This document shows positions 35,790-43,789 of a DNA stretch of 64,000 bases, piece after piece (position 1 is the stretch's first letter; every line of letters begins with the position of its first letter). The translations under genes and the position numbers were made by a program. Under the pieces are notes generated by a model. It was not told the origin of the DNA and ran no database searches. It saw only the letters and a program-made list of their open reading frames with translations. Source of the stretch: Tepidisphaerales bacterium (GTDB taxonomy: Bacteria > Planctomycetota > Phycisphaerae > Tepidisphaerales > Tepidisphaeraceae); NCBI GenBank assembly GCA_038237225.1, contig JBBRYX010000025.1, positions 915 to 64,914 on the forward strand. Reading direction: 5' to 3'.

Positions 35790-36185
35790 TTATCTGGCCG
35801 CGTGACATGCAAAACGAGAACAGATGCGGTTCTCTCTCAGTTGTCTCTTTTCCTTCGCGACCGCAATTCCAAAAGGCCGCCGGCTTACACGGCAAACAAT
35901 CATGATCAACCTCCCTATTCCCTTGTCATTGTAGGAAAAGCCCCACGCATCCATAACGCGAAGGCACCACGGCAAAAGTGCGTTCGGCACCCACAGGTAC
36001 AGGTGTGCGGGGTTTTCGGCGTGAGCCGCAACGGGCATTGCGCAGATTTCGTCAATGCTCATCGTTTCGTAGCGGCGCAGCCGAACGTGCTCGGGGGCGA
36101 CTTTGCCAGTGCGGTTCGTGAACCGCCAGGGCGGATCGGCCAGAATGGTCGAAAACTTTCCTTTGAGACCGGGCAGGGTTTCCAT
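35790..36185 (-). CDS. MT-A70 family N6-adenine methyltransferase-like protein (DPPW motif), short and possibly degenerate
   Basis: ILADPPWRF catalytic motif and YLWVPNALLPW..MDAWGF. The ORF-track TTG start at 36248 would overlap the 3' end of the transposase gene, so the ATG at 36185 (METLPGLKG) is preferred. The C-terminal region diverges from the family. Confidence 0.45.
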   Translation of the reverse strand: METLPGLKGKFSTILADPPWRFTNRTGKVAPEHVRLRRYETMSIDEICAMPVAAHAENPAHLYLWVPNALLPWCLRVMDAWGFSYNDKGIGRLIMIVCRVSRRPFGIAVAKEKRQLRENRICSRFACHAAR

Positions 36186-37240
36186 TTTACTCCGTTTGCA
36201 GGCTATCCGAATCAGACCATCAACGCGAGAAGTTCTTCCACTTCCCAAACGTGGTCGGTAAGTCCAGCTTCCATCGCGGGCGTGACGCGAAGCGTCGAGT
36301 GAATTTTGCAGTAGTTGTAGTGCATGAAGTAGAGCGCGATCATGTGCTCGTGATTTTCGATTTTCTTGGAGTGGGCGTTCGTCAACCGCGTGAACCGACG
36401 CATGCCCATTCGCATGGAAAGATTCTGCCGCTCCACAAAAGACGTGCTGATATGCGCATCATCGGGGTTACCGATGCGAGGGGTTTTCTTCGCACCGAGG
36501 CACACGTCGGAAACGTCGGGACGGCTCTTGAACCCGAACGGCTTGCCATAAATCTTGACGAGCGCGGCGTAGTCCACGTCATTACCGAACGCATCGGGTA
36601 CAGCCTTCATGTAGGGGTTGTGACCGCCGCTCGTGAGTTGAACGCGATCGGCGAGACGATCGTGAACGTCCATCAAAAATTCGGTGGCGTATCCACCGTC
36701 GCGTCCGCCGACAAGGTAGGAAACGATCAGCTTGGAATCGGCGTCGATTGCGGTCCAGGTCCAAGTATCGCCGTAACCGGGTTGGCCTTTTTTCTCCGCC
36801 GGGACGTTGCGTTCCTTCGCGTAGCAAAACGACCAAATTTCATCGACCTGCACGCGCTTCGTTTTCAGGTTGCGGACGTTCTTATCGTGGTAGACCGCGC
36901 ACGCCTCGCCCATCTCAGCGAGCAGATTAAGAACCGTGTGCTTTGCCGCGCTGGTCATTCGGCACGTCGCATTTACGCCCATGCCTTCGATCAATCCCTT
37001 GATGATCTGCACGCGGCGTTGCGTTCCAAGCTTGTTCATAATGCACATTATGCTTACTCGTGCATGCTTTGTCAAGTTTAATTCATCGTTTTCGTTGAAG
37101 ATAGCCCTCGCTTTCAGTTGTAAGTACCTAACACCGCCGGAATTAGCGCAAATTGCGTTCGCCACTCAAGTTATGTCTTGACAATCGCCGATAATCGACT
37201 AGAATACTATGCTTTGTTAGGTATCAATTCGGCAGGAATT
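36150..37240. mobile_element. IS1-family insertion sequence, boundaries approximate
   Basis: Transposase gene plus AT-rich flanks. Terminal inverted repeats could not be defined by eye. Confidence 0.3.
36212..37165 (-). CDS. IS1-family transposase (single-ORF InsA-InsB-like)
   Basis: InsB-like core RVQVDEIWSFCYAKERN..TWTWTAIDADSKLIVSYLVGGR. C-terminal HYNYCKIHSTLRVTPAMEAGL. Lower-GC region. Confidence 0.75.
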   Translation of the reverse strand: MANAICANSGGVRYLQLKARAIFNENDELNLTKHARVSIMCIMNKLGTQRRVQIIKGLIEGMGVNATCRMTSAAKHTVLNLLAEMGEACAVYHDKNVRNLKTKRVQVDEIWSFCYAKERNVPAEKKGQPGYGDTWTWTAIDADSKLIVSYLVGGRDGGYATEFLMDVHDRLADRVQLTSGGHNPYMKAVPDAFGNDVDYAALVKIYGKPFGFKSRPDVSDVCLGAKKTPRIGNPDDAHISTSFVERQNLSMRMGMRRFTRLTNAHSKKIENHEHMIALYFMHYNYCKIHSTLRVTPAMEAGLTDHVWEVEELLALMV

Positions 37241-37912
37241 ACAATGGTTCAAGCTGTAGACACAAAAGACGTATTGCGACTGGGCGTGTATACGCGCCAG
37301 CAAGCATCACGTCTGTCTCGCGTTCGCGCGCAGACGGTCTCCCGCTGGTTTGATGATGACAACGCCGCACTGCAAATGCGGATGCCTGAAAATGATGAGA
37401 GGCTCGTAAGCTTTGTTGACCTAATCCAGTTGCTTGGCGTGCGCGAAATACGCTTGGAGCGCCGGCTCAGTTTACAAAAAATCCGCGCTGTTGTGAAGAG
37501 GGCGAAGGGGTTTGGGGTTTCATTTCCGTTCGCGCGGCTCGAATCTCGCGTGTTCTTGCTGGGTGACAATGTTGTCCTGATGCTGCCCAACGGCGACTAC
37601 ATTCAGGCGACCGGGAAGACGAAAAAAAACTATCTGATGGAACCCGTTATTCTTCCCTACCTTCAGGAACTGTCGTTTGATCCAGACGGCTTGCCATTTC
37701 AATATCGACCGCTGCCAGGAATTTTGCTCACGCCCAAACGAGAGTGGGGCGCTCCAATTGTGGAATCGTGCAACTACACCGTGCAGACCCTCGTCGCCGC
37801 GGTGAAAGCAGAAGGCTCAATTGAGGCGGCGGCGGATATGTGCGGCGTTGATGTCGACGATATTGCTCGCGCCCTAAAATACGAAGACATGCTCTCTGGG
37901 GTAGCTGCATGA
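37178..37912 (+). CDS. hypothetical protein with C-terminal DUF433-like domain (extended antitoxin-like)
   Basis: C-terminus GAPIVESCNYTVQTLVAAVKAEGSIEAAADMCGVDVDDIARALKYEDML fits the DUF433 pattern. About 170 extra N-terminal residues. TTG start at 37178; an alternative ATG is at 37244. Confidence 0.5.
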   Translation: MTIADNRLEYYALLGINSAGITMVQAVDTKDVLRLGVYTRQQASRLSRVRAQTVSRWFDDDNAALQMRMPENDERLVSFVDLIQLLGVREIRLERRLSLQKIRAVVKRAKGFGVSFPFARLESRVFLLGDNVVLMLPNGDYIQATGKTKKNYLMEPVILPYLQELSFDPDGLPFQYRPLPGILLTPKREWGAPIVESCNYTVQTLVAAVKAEGSIEAAADMCGVDVDDIARALKYEDMLSGVAA

Positions 37913-38355
37913 AAGTGATGCTGGATGAATGCATCACTCGCAAATGCGCGCACGTTATCATCGAATTTTGGAAGCTTCATAGCCCGCCTGTTGAGGCGCA
38001 ATTTCTGGTCGATTTTCTTGGCGCACAAGGAGCATTGGATTGCGATTGGTGCGAACTGTTGACGCCGCCAAGCGATTGGATCGTCATTAGTTCAGATTGC
38101 GGCAAAAGCGGGCCGCGCATTCACGCCAAGGGACCGCCTCTCCATCTGATTTTGCCAAAGATCGGCATTACCGGTTTTTTCTTGGGCGGGAAAACCCTTA
38201 CGCAGGCGACGGGCGCGGAAAGAGCGCGGGCAATTATTTCCAAGGTTCCCGAGATCATGCGTGCCGCCCAAAGCGCCGCCGCCGGCGAACGTTTCAAGAT
38301 CAAGAGAGTCGGCGGAGGGATTGCGGTTGAGCCGTGGCCGACATCGCAAGACTAG
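37909..38355 (+). CDS. PIN-like domain protein (DUF5615/Mut7-C-like)
   Basis: N-terminus MKVMLDECITRKCAHVIIEFW resembles the LLDENL.. start of DUF5615 PIN-like toxins. Its start overlaps the upstream stop (ATGA), indicating translational coupling. Confidence 0.45.
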   Translation: MKVMLDECITRKCAHVIIEFWKLHSPPVEAQFLVDFLGAQGALDCDWCELLTPPSDWIVISSDCGKSGPRIHAKGPPLHLILPKIGITGFFLGGKTLTQATGAERARAIISKVPEIMRAAQSAAAGERFKIKRVGGGIAVEPWPTSQD

Positions 38356-38606
38356 GGCTTCGCCCATCGTTTCGCCGCCGCTTTCCTGGCAATAGCCTTA
38401 CGCTTCGCTGGCGTCAGCTTCGCCGCCCGCGCCTTTCCCCCCTTGCTCGCACCCAGCTTGCTCATCGCCACGGCGTGCGGGTTGCGCGTATCATTCTCGG
38501 GTGGCGTGCCCGGCGGCGGGATCTTCGCCCCCTCGCCCGTGGCGGCTTGTGCGACGGCGAACGCGATCTGTGTGAAGTCCCGGCGTTTGCTTGCTCGTGA
38601 AGGCAT
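38352..38606 (-). CDS. small basic Lys/Ala-rich protein (possible DNA-binding), hypothetical
   Basis: 84-aa ORF with GC3-rich codons. C-terminus KGGKARAAKLTPAKRKAIARKAAAKRWAKP. Confidence 0.45.
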   Translation of the reverse strand: MPSRASKRRDFTQIAFAVAQAATGEGAKIPPPGTPPENDTRNPHAVAMSKLGASKGGKARAAKLTPAKRKAIARKAAAKRWAKP

Positions 38607-38922
38607 GAACAGACTGTGACGTGTGGCGGGCGAGGCGTCAAACTAAATCCGTGGGGCCAGAATTTCAAACTGCACCAGTACCCGTTTTGTCCCGTCTAAA
38701 CTGCTGCGCTCTTCCCACACCCGCACCCGATTACCCAAAATTACCCGCCATTACCCATCGCACCGCAATCAATTCCGTTTCAATCTCCCCATGCATCACT
38801 TTGCATCAAAATGCAACACTTTTCGAAATTCGATCTGCGAGGCTCCCCATCACACCTCCTCGGCGATCTTGGCATCTTGGCGAACTTGGCGCGCCCCTTT
38901 CCCCCGCCGAACCGCGCCGCCC

Positions 38923-40470
38923 TCACTCCATCACCACCAGCGAATGCACCCGCACCTCCGTCCCCGTCGATTCCCCCATCCGCTCTCCCTTCACCACCAG
39001 CCTCACCTCATGCTCGCCCGGGGGCAGTCCGTACTTGTGCCACACACATTCCATCACCACCCGCCGCGAATCATCCGGCCACACGTCCACCGTCTGGTCC
39101 AGCTTCCCATCCAAATACACATCCGCCTTCCCACCCGCCCCCACATACGGGCCGACGATGATCGCGCCGGTGCCGTTGAAGCGAATCTTCGCCTCGCACC
39201 CCTTCTCGCTTCCCAGCTTCTCCAACCCTGTTTTCGCGGACGAGAAGTCGGTCCAGGCGCCCGTCCAAACCCACCGCGGATCCGCGCACGAGATCCGCTC
39301 GATCGGCTTCTCCACCTTGAATTCACGCAACTTCGCCGCCTGCGGCATCTGCGCGAGAATGATCAACTTTTCCCCCTCGCGCCGGCCGCCGCTCTTCTCC
39401 GCGATGGCCAATGCCCGGTTCACTGTGTCTTCCACGATCGAGTGATACGATGCGTTCGTATACTGGAACTTCTCATCCGCGATCGATTCGATCTGCTCCG
39501 TGTACCGCGCCGGAATTTTCGCGAAGCCGCGAGCTGCTGCCCAGATTCCCGCCGCCGTCGATGGGTTGCAATCCGAATCCTGTCCGCAGCGCGTCGCGAT
39601 CTCGATCACCTTTGCAAAATCATCCTTCCCATACAGCAGCCCGATCGCCACGTACGCGCCGTTCAGCTTCGCGTCGATGTTCAGCGGCGCCATCGCGCCG
39701 TACGGGCACATGTCGTCCTGGTCCCATTTCGCCTCGACGAGATGCCACGTCTTCTCCCAGTTCTCTGGATTTTCCGCCGACCATTTCAGCACGTCCCGTA
39801 TCACCTCCGCATATTTCGACTCCCCCGGCAAACACTTCAGCCCCGTCTCCACGGTCTGGCGCGGATCCGTCGAAAAATACGCCTCGCTGTACATCCCCGC
39901 GATGAACGAACCGCTATACAACCCGTCCCCCCAAGCCATGATTCGTCCCGCTCGATCGATCAAATCCGATGCGCTCCGCGGCATCCCCGGACAACTCAGG
40001 CCCACAAAATCGGCGTTGATCTGGAACGAAATGTCGTTCCCATGCGTCGTCCACTTCGGCGTCCCCGACTCCTCCCACGTCGCCCCGCGCCGCAGCGCCC
40101 GACGCGCCGCCTGGCTCGCGTGCCACAGCCCGAACTTGGTCTCCTTGAAAGCCGCCCCAAAATCTGCCGTCGTCACCCCCAGCCCCTTCTCCTTCATCGC
40201 CTGCGCGAACACCATCTGGATATACAGGTCGTCCTGCTTCAGCGCCGCCCGCACCAAATCCGGCGTCCACTTCACCAGCTTATCCATCGGAATGATTTGC
40301 GCTCGAAACTTGAACTCCGTCGGCGCCCCATACACCACGCCCACTATCTTCCCCGCCCAGGCACCTCGAATTCGCTCCTTCAATTCCCCCATCCCAATCC
40401 CCCGCTCCAACTTCTCCTGCCCCCACGACCAACTGCAACACAACAGGACAACCAGAATGAGCTGCTTCAT
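38923..40470 (-). CDS. secreted ADP-ribosylglycohydrolase family protein with an extra C-terminal domain
   Basis: Signal MKQLILVVLLCCSWSWG. C-proximal CGQDSDCNPSTAAGIWAAARGFAKIP matches the ADP-ribosylglycohydrolase (ARH) D-x-D-x-N motif region. Confidence 0.6.
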   Translation of the reverse strand: MKQLILVVLLCCSWSWGQEKLERGIGMGELKERIRGAWAGKIVGVVYGAPTEFKFRAQIIPMDKLVKWTPDLVRAALKQDDLYIQMVFAQAMKEKGLGVTTADFGAAFKETKFGLWHASQAARRALRRGATWEESGTPKWTTHGNDISFQINADFVGLSCPGMPRSASDLIDRAGRIMAWGDGLYSGSFIAGMYSEAYFSTDPRQTVETGLKCLPGESKYAEVIRDVLKWSAENPENWEKTWHLVEAKWDQDDMCPYGAMAPLNIDAKLNGAYVAIGLLYGKDDFAKVIEIATRCGQDSDCNPSTAAGIWAAARGFAKIPARYTEQIESIADEKFQYTNASYHSIVEDTVNRALAIAEKSGGRREGEKLIILAQMPQAAKLREFKVEKPIERISCADPRWVWTGAWTDFSSAKTGLEKLGSEKGCEAKIRFNGTGAIIVGPYVGAGGKADVYLDGKLDQTVDVWPDDSRRVVMECVWHKYGLPPGEHEVRLVVKGERMGESTGTEVRVHSLVVME

Positions 40471-40625
40471 CCCTCCCTTATACTCTCTTCCCCTGCCTCT
40501 TACCTCTTGATCTTATCCTTGCCGTCCCCTTGCCTCCTGCTTTCCCAAAAAAAATCGAGGCCCGGACGGAGGGCTTGTCCGGGCCTCGGGAGGGGAGAGT
40601 GAGAGCGATTGTGAAAAATCCTATG

Positions 40626-41504
40626 TCACAGGGCCGACGAATTGGGCCGCGTCGCCGCCGGGATGTTGGCTTGCAAACCGTAGGCCGAACGCTGATCCGC
40701 CTTCGATTCACCGCCCGAAGTCGGCGACGGACTCTGCTCCGAATCCGAAGAACCCATCATATTGCCCAATTTCGAGCCAACGTCCGGGACCATTTTCGAA
40801 GCTTCGTGATAGTAGCCCCTGCTCTTGTTCGCCAGATGCCGCCCCGTCGCTCGGGCCATTTGACCGGTCTCGCGGACGAATTTACCGGCCTTCTGCGTCA
40901 CATAAGTCCGCCGGCCGTGGCCTTGCCTCGGATCGAGGAAGTACATCGCCGCACAACCCAGCGCCAAAGCGCCGAATGCGGACAGCGCGGTCGCCGTACC
41001 CGAGAACCCATCCGTTTCACGCGTCGTCACACGCAGCGACGGAATCGAAGGGAGCGATTTCGAGTACCGTCGAGCGCTCTTCGACGCGCCGCGGTAATGC
41101 GACTGCGCTTTGTCCGTTAAATCGCCGAGATACTCGCCCACCGCACCGCGAATCCCACGATAAGCCGACCCAATCCGGCCCCCATATTCATCGCGCGCTC
41201 CGCTCACATCCATCCGGCCGCTCAAATCGCTCACGTACTCGCCCACGCCGCTTGCCATCGACGACGCGCCGCTGGTCAGCGACGAAAGCGCTTGCCCAGT
41301 TGTGTCGAATGCAGAATGAGCAACTTCTCCCACGCGATCACGCCGCTTCTGCCCGGTTTCGGGGTCAAAGAGGTACATCAACGTCGCACCGATTGCGAGT
41401 CCGCCTAGCCCAGTGGCGGCCATTTCCATTACATCCGTGGTCAACGAGTGACCGTTCCTGAGAGTCGAAGCCTTCCGCTTGGAGCCACTTTGATAGCGAG
41501 TCAT
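40626..41504 (-). CDS. hypothetical protein with duplicated LxxxxxxMYxxDPxxGxxRR motif, Gly/Ser-rich
   Basis: Two internal repeats: LGGLAIGATLMYLFDPETGQKRRDRV and FGALALGCAAMYFLDPRQGHGRRTYV. Confidence 0.45.
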   Translation of the reverse strand: MTRYQSGSKRKASTLRNGHSLTTDVMEMAATGLGGLAIGATLMYLFDPETGQKRRDRVGEVAHSAFDTTGQALSSLTSGASSMASGVGEYVSDLSGRMDVSGARDEYGGRIGSAYRGIRGAVGEYLGDLTDKAQSHYRGASKSARRYSKSLPSIPSLRVTTRETDGFSGTATALSAFGALALGCAAMYFLDPRQGHGRRTYVTQKAGKFVRETGQMARATGRHLANKSRGYYHEASKMVPDVGSKLGNMMGSSDSEQSPSPTSGGESKADQRSAYGLQANIPAATRPNSSAL

Positions 41505-41566
41505 AAATCACCTGCTTTGGGTTTGAAGCTGTCAATCCATCTAAGCCTATGCCGACTGCCCGGTGC

Positions 41567-42184
41567 CTAAGGCGTAGAAAACGGCCCTTCGGTGTTAACC
41601 GGGTCGTCGGCTCTATTTTGAAGGTCGTATCCGCCGTGCTTGCGAAGAATTCCTGCCGCCACGTCGGATCGATCCCCGGCCTTGACCGCAACAATCGCGT
41701 GGCCGGAATTGAATGCCTGTTCGTAATATTTCGCCTCGTGCTCGGAGATCCCAAGGCCCGTGAGTGCCCCGAAAATCCCGCCAACGGCGGCTCCGGCGAT
41801 CGCGCCGCCGAACGCCATCGAAAAGATTCCCGCCGCCATAATCGGCCCGACGCCCGGAATCAAAAATGCCGCGGCCGCCCCGAGAATGGCGCCCAGCCCC
41901 GCGCCGGTCATCATGCCCGTGGCCGCACCTCGACCGTCCTTGGTGCCTTGGGCGTCCGAGATCATGCCTTTTTGTTCGGAGTTCGTGCCCCGAATGGCCA
42001 TTCCGACCTCATCGGTCGAAAAGCCGCTCTGTTCCAATTCGTCCACCGCATGTTCAGCGGCAATGCGGTCTTGAAAAGCTGCGACAGTTGCGGTTTCAGA
42101 GGATGTCAAGGATGCCTCCTTATATAAAGCGAACACGACAAACTGCCCGCTCACACCGCGGACGAAGGAAGAAGCTGCAAACAA
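41567..42184 (-). CDS. general stress protein, YflT-like / glycine-zipper (DUF1269-like)
   Basis: N-terminal VVFALY..AVDELEQSGFSTDEVGMAIRG. Gly-zipper GAGLGAILGAAAAFLIPGVGPIMAAGIF. C-terminal repeat AIVAVKAGDRSDVAAGILRKHG. Confidence 0.55.
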   Translation of the reverse strand: MFAASSFVRGVSGQFVVFALYKEASLTSSETATVAAFQDRIAAEHAVDELEQSGFSTDEVGMAIRGTNSEQKGMISDAQGTKDGRGAATGMMTGAGLGAILGAAAAFLIPGVGPIMAAGIFSMAFGGAIAGAAVGGIFGALTGLGISEHEAKYYEQAFNSGHAIVAVKAGDRSDVAAGILRKHGGYDLQNRADDPVNTEGPFSTP

Positions 42185-42477
42185 GGTGCCGGGAGAGTCC
42201 GCTTCTTTCAGATGCTCTTAAAATGCTTGATTTCGCCCCGGCAGAATCAGATACTGCTGTCATCGCCGGGCGGGTTGTCCGGCTAATTCTGGCAATTGTG
42301 TCTCGGCCACGGGTTCGCTGCCATGACCACAACGACTACGAGCACGACGCCGACGAAGTGAAGGAACCTCCTTCCCTCGTCTCCCGTCCTGCCCGCAGCG
42401 TTGGTTCAAGCGGCTATCGACCTGTGGCCAATTCTATTTGCAGGGGCGGCTTCGGCCGCCCGAGTTGAGGAGCGATC

Positions 42478-43479
42478 ATGTCCGTGAACGTCGCTGTCGT
42501 GGGCGCCACCGGCGCGGTCGGCCAGGAATTCCTGACCGTGCTCGCCGAGCGCAACTTCCCCATTCGAAACCTCAAGCTGCTCGCCAGCGCCAAAAGCGCG
42601 GGCAAGGCAATGGAATTCCAGGGGCAGACGTTCACGATCGAAGAGCTGACGAAAGATTCCTTCAAGGACGTGCGGATCGCGCTGTTCTCCGCGGGCGGAG
42701 CCATCTCCAAAGAGTTCGCGCCCGCGGCCGTCCAGGCGGGCGCGGTGGTGGTCGACAATTCATCGGCCTTCCGGATGAAGGATGGTATCCCCCTTGTCGT
42801 TCCGGAAGTGAATCCTGAAGCGATTCACAAGCACAACGGTCTGATCGCAAACCCCAACTGCTCGACGATCATCATGAATGTACCGGTCTGGCCGCTGCAT
42901 CAGGCGAATCGGGTGAGGCGCATCATCGTCAGTACCTATCAATCCGTCAGCGGAGCCGGCGCGTGGGGATTGTATGAACTCGAAGAGCAGATCAAGAGCT
43001 ATGCGTCCGGTAAGGAAGTGAGGAAGGAAAAGTTTCCGCACCAGATCGTGAACAACCTCTTTTCCCACAACAGCAAGGTGGCCGAGAACGGCTACAACGA
43101 AGAAGAGAACAAGATGGTGAACGAGACGCATAAGATCTTCGGGGATGGGAAGATCATGATCGCCGCCACCTGCGTGCGGGTGCCGGTGCCGCGGGCGCAT
43201 TGCGAATCGATCAATCTCGAATTCGAGCGGCCGATGACGCCGAAGCAGGTGATCGAGATTCTCAAGAAAGCGCCGGGCGTGAAGATCGTCGATGATCCCG
43301 CAGGCAACCACTTCCCCATGCCGCTGGAGGCAAGCGGGCAAGATGATGTGTTGGTTGGCCGAATCCGCCAGGACATCTCGCGGGACGATGGTCGAGGGAT
43401 TGAGCTGTTCGTTTCCGGAGACCAACTCCGCAAAGGCGCGGCGACGAACGCAATTCAGATCGCTGAAAAGCTGCTCTAG
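42478..43479 (+). CDS. asd: aspartate-semialdehyde dehydrogenase
   Basis: N-terminus VAVVGATGAVGQEF. Active site NPNCSTI. Length 333 aa. Confidence 0.95.
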   Translation: MSVNVAVVGATGAVGQEFLTVLAERNFPIRNLKLLASAKSAGKAMEFQGQTFTIEELTKDSFKDVRIALFSAGGAISKEFAPAAVQAGAVVVDNSSAFRMKDGIPLVVPEVNPEAIHKHNGLIANPNCSTIIMNVPVWPLHQANRVRRIIVSTYQSVSGAGAWGLYELEEQIKSYASGKEVRKEKFPHQIVNNLFSHNSKVAENGYNEEENKMVNETHKIFGDGKIMIAATCVRVPVPRAHCESINLEFERPMTPKQVIEILKKAPGVKIVDDPAGNHFPMPLEASGQDDVLVGRIRQDISRDDGRGIELFVSGDQLRKGAATNAIQIAEKLL

Positions 43480-43584
43480 ACGCGGAGGTTGCGTGAGTAA
43501 GAAAGCCGGGCGGGGCGATCCCCCCCTGCGCGCCATGGATAGGAGAGATCCCCAATCCACAGTCCGCGGCGCGGAGTTTCGCCC

Positions 43585-43692
43585 CGACCCGGTCTAGTTT
43601 GGTATCGACGAGGGTATTACATCGTTTCTAAACTCGGCGTGGTTTGCCTGCACAGCGACCCGGTCTAGTTTGGTATCGACGAGGGTATTACG
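43585..43692. repeat. CRISPR-like mini-array: two identical 36-bp direct repeats (CGACCCGGTCTAGTTTGGTATCGACGAGGGTATTAC) separated by a 35-bp unique spacer
   Basis: Exact repeat read directly between convergent asd and tyrS. No cas genes in the window. Confidence 0.35.
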
Positions 43693-43789
43693 CCGTGGCG
43701 TTGGGGGAGGTTCCGAATTATTGCGAGAACTAAAGGCGCGACATCTTTGTCGACGCCTTTATACCCAATCTGAGGCGATGCCTTATCAA

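Noticed and set aside
36212-36248. Apparent 37-nt overlap between the transposase 3' end and the MT-A70 ORF TTG start
   Set aside because: The downstream in-frame ATG (METLPGLKG, 36185) is a more plausible start and removes the overlap. I also could not fully reconcile my nucleotide-level reading of this short stretch with the track translation, so coordinates here carry about 1 nt of uncertainty.
38791-40602. 603-aa + strand ORF (His/Pro/Arg-rich)
   Set aside because: Antisense shadow of the ADP-ribosylglycohydrolase gene. Extreme low-complexity composition.
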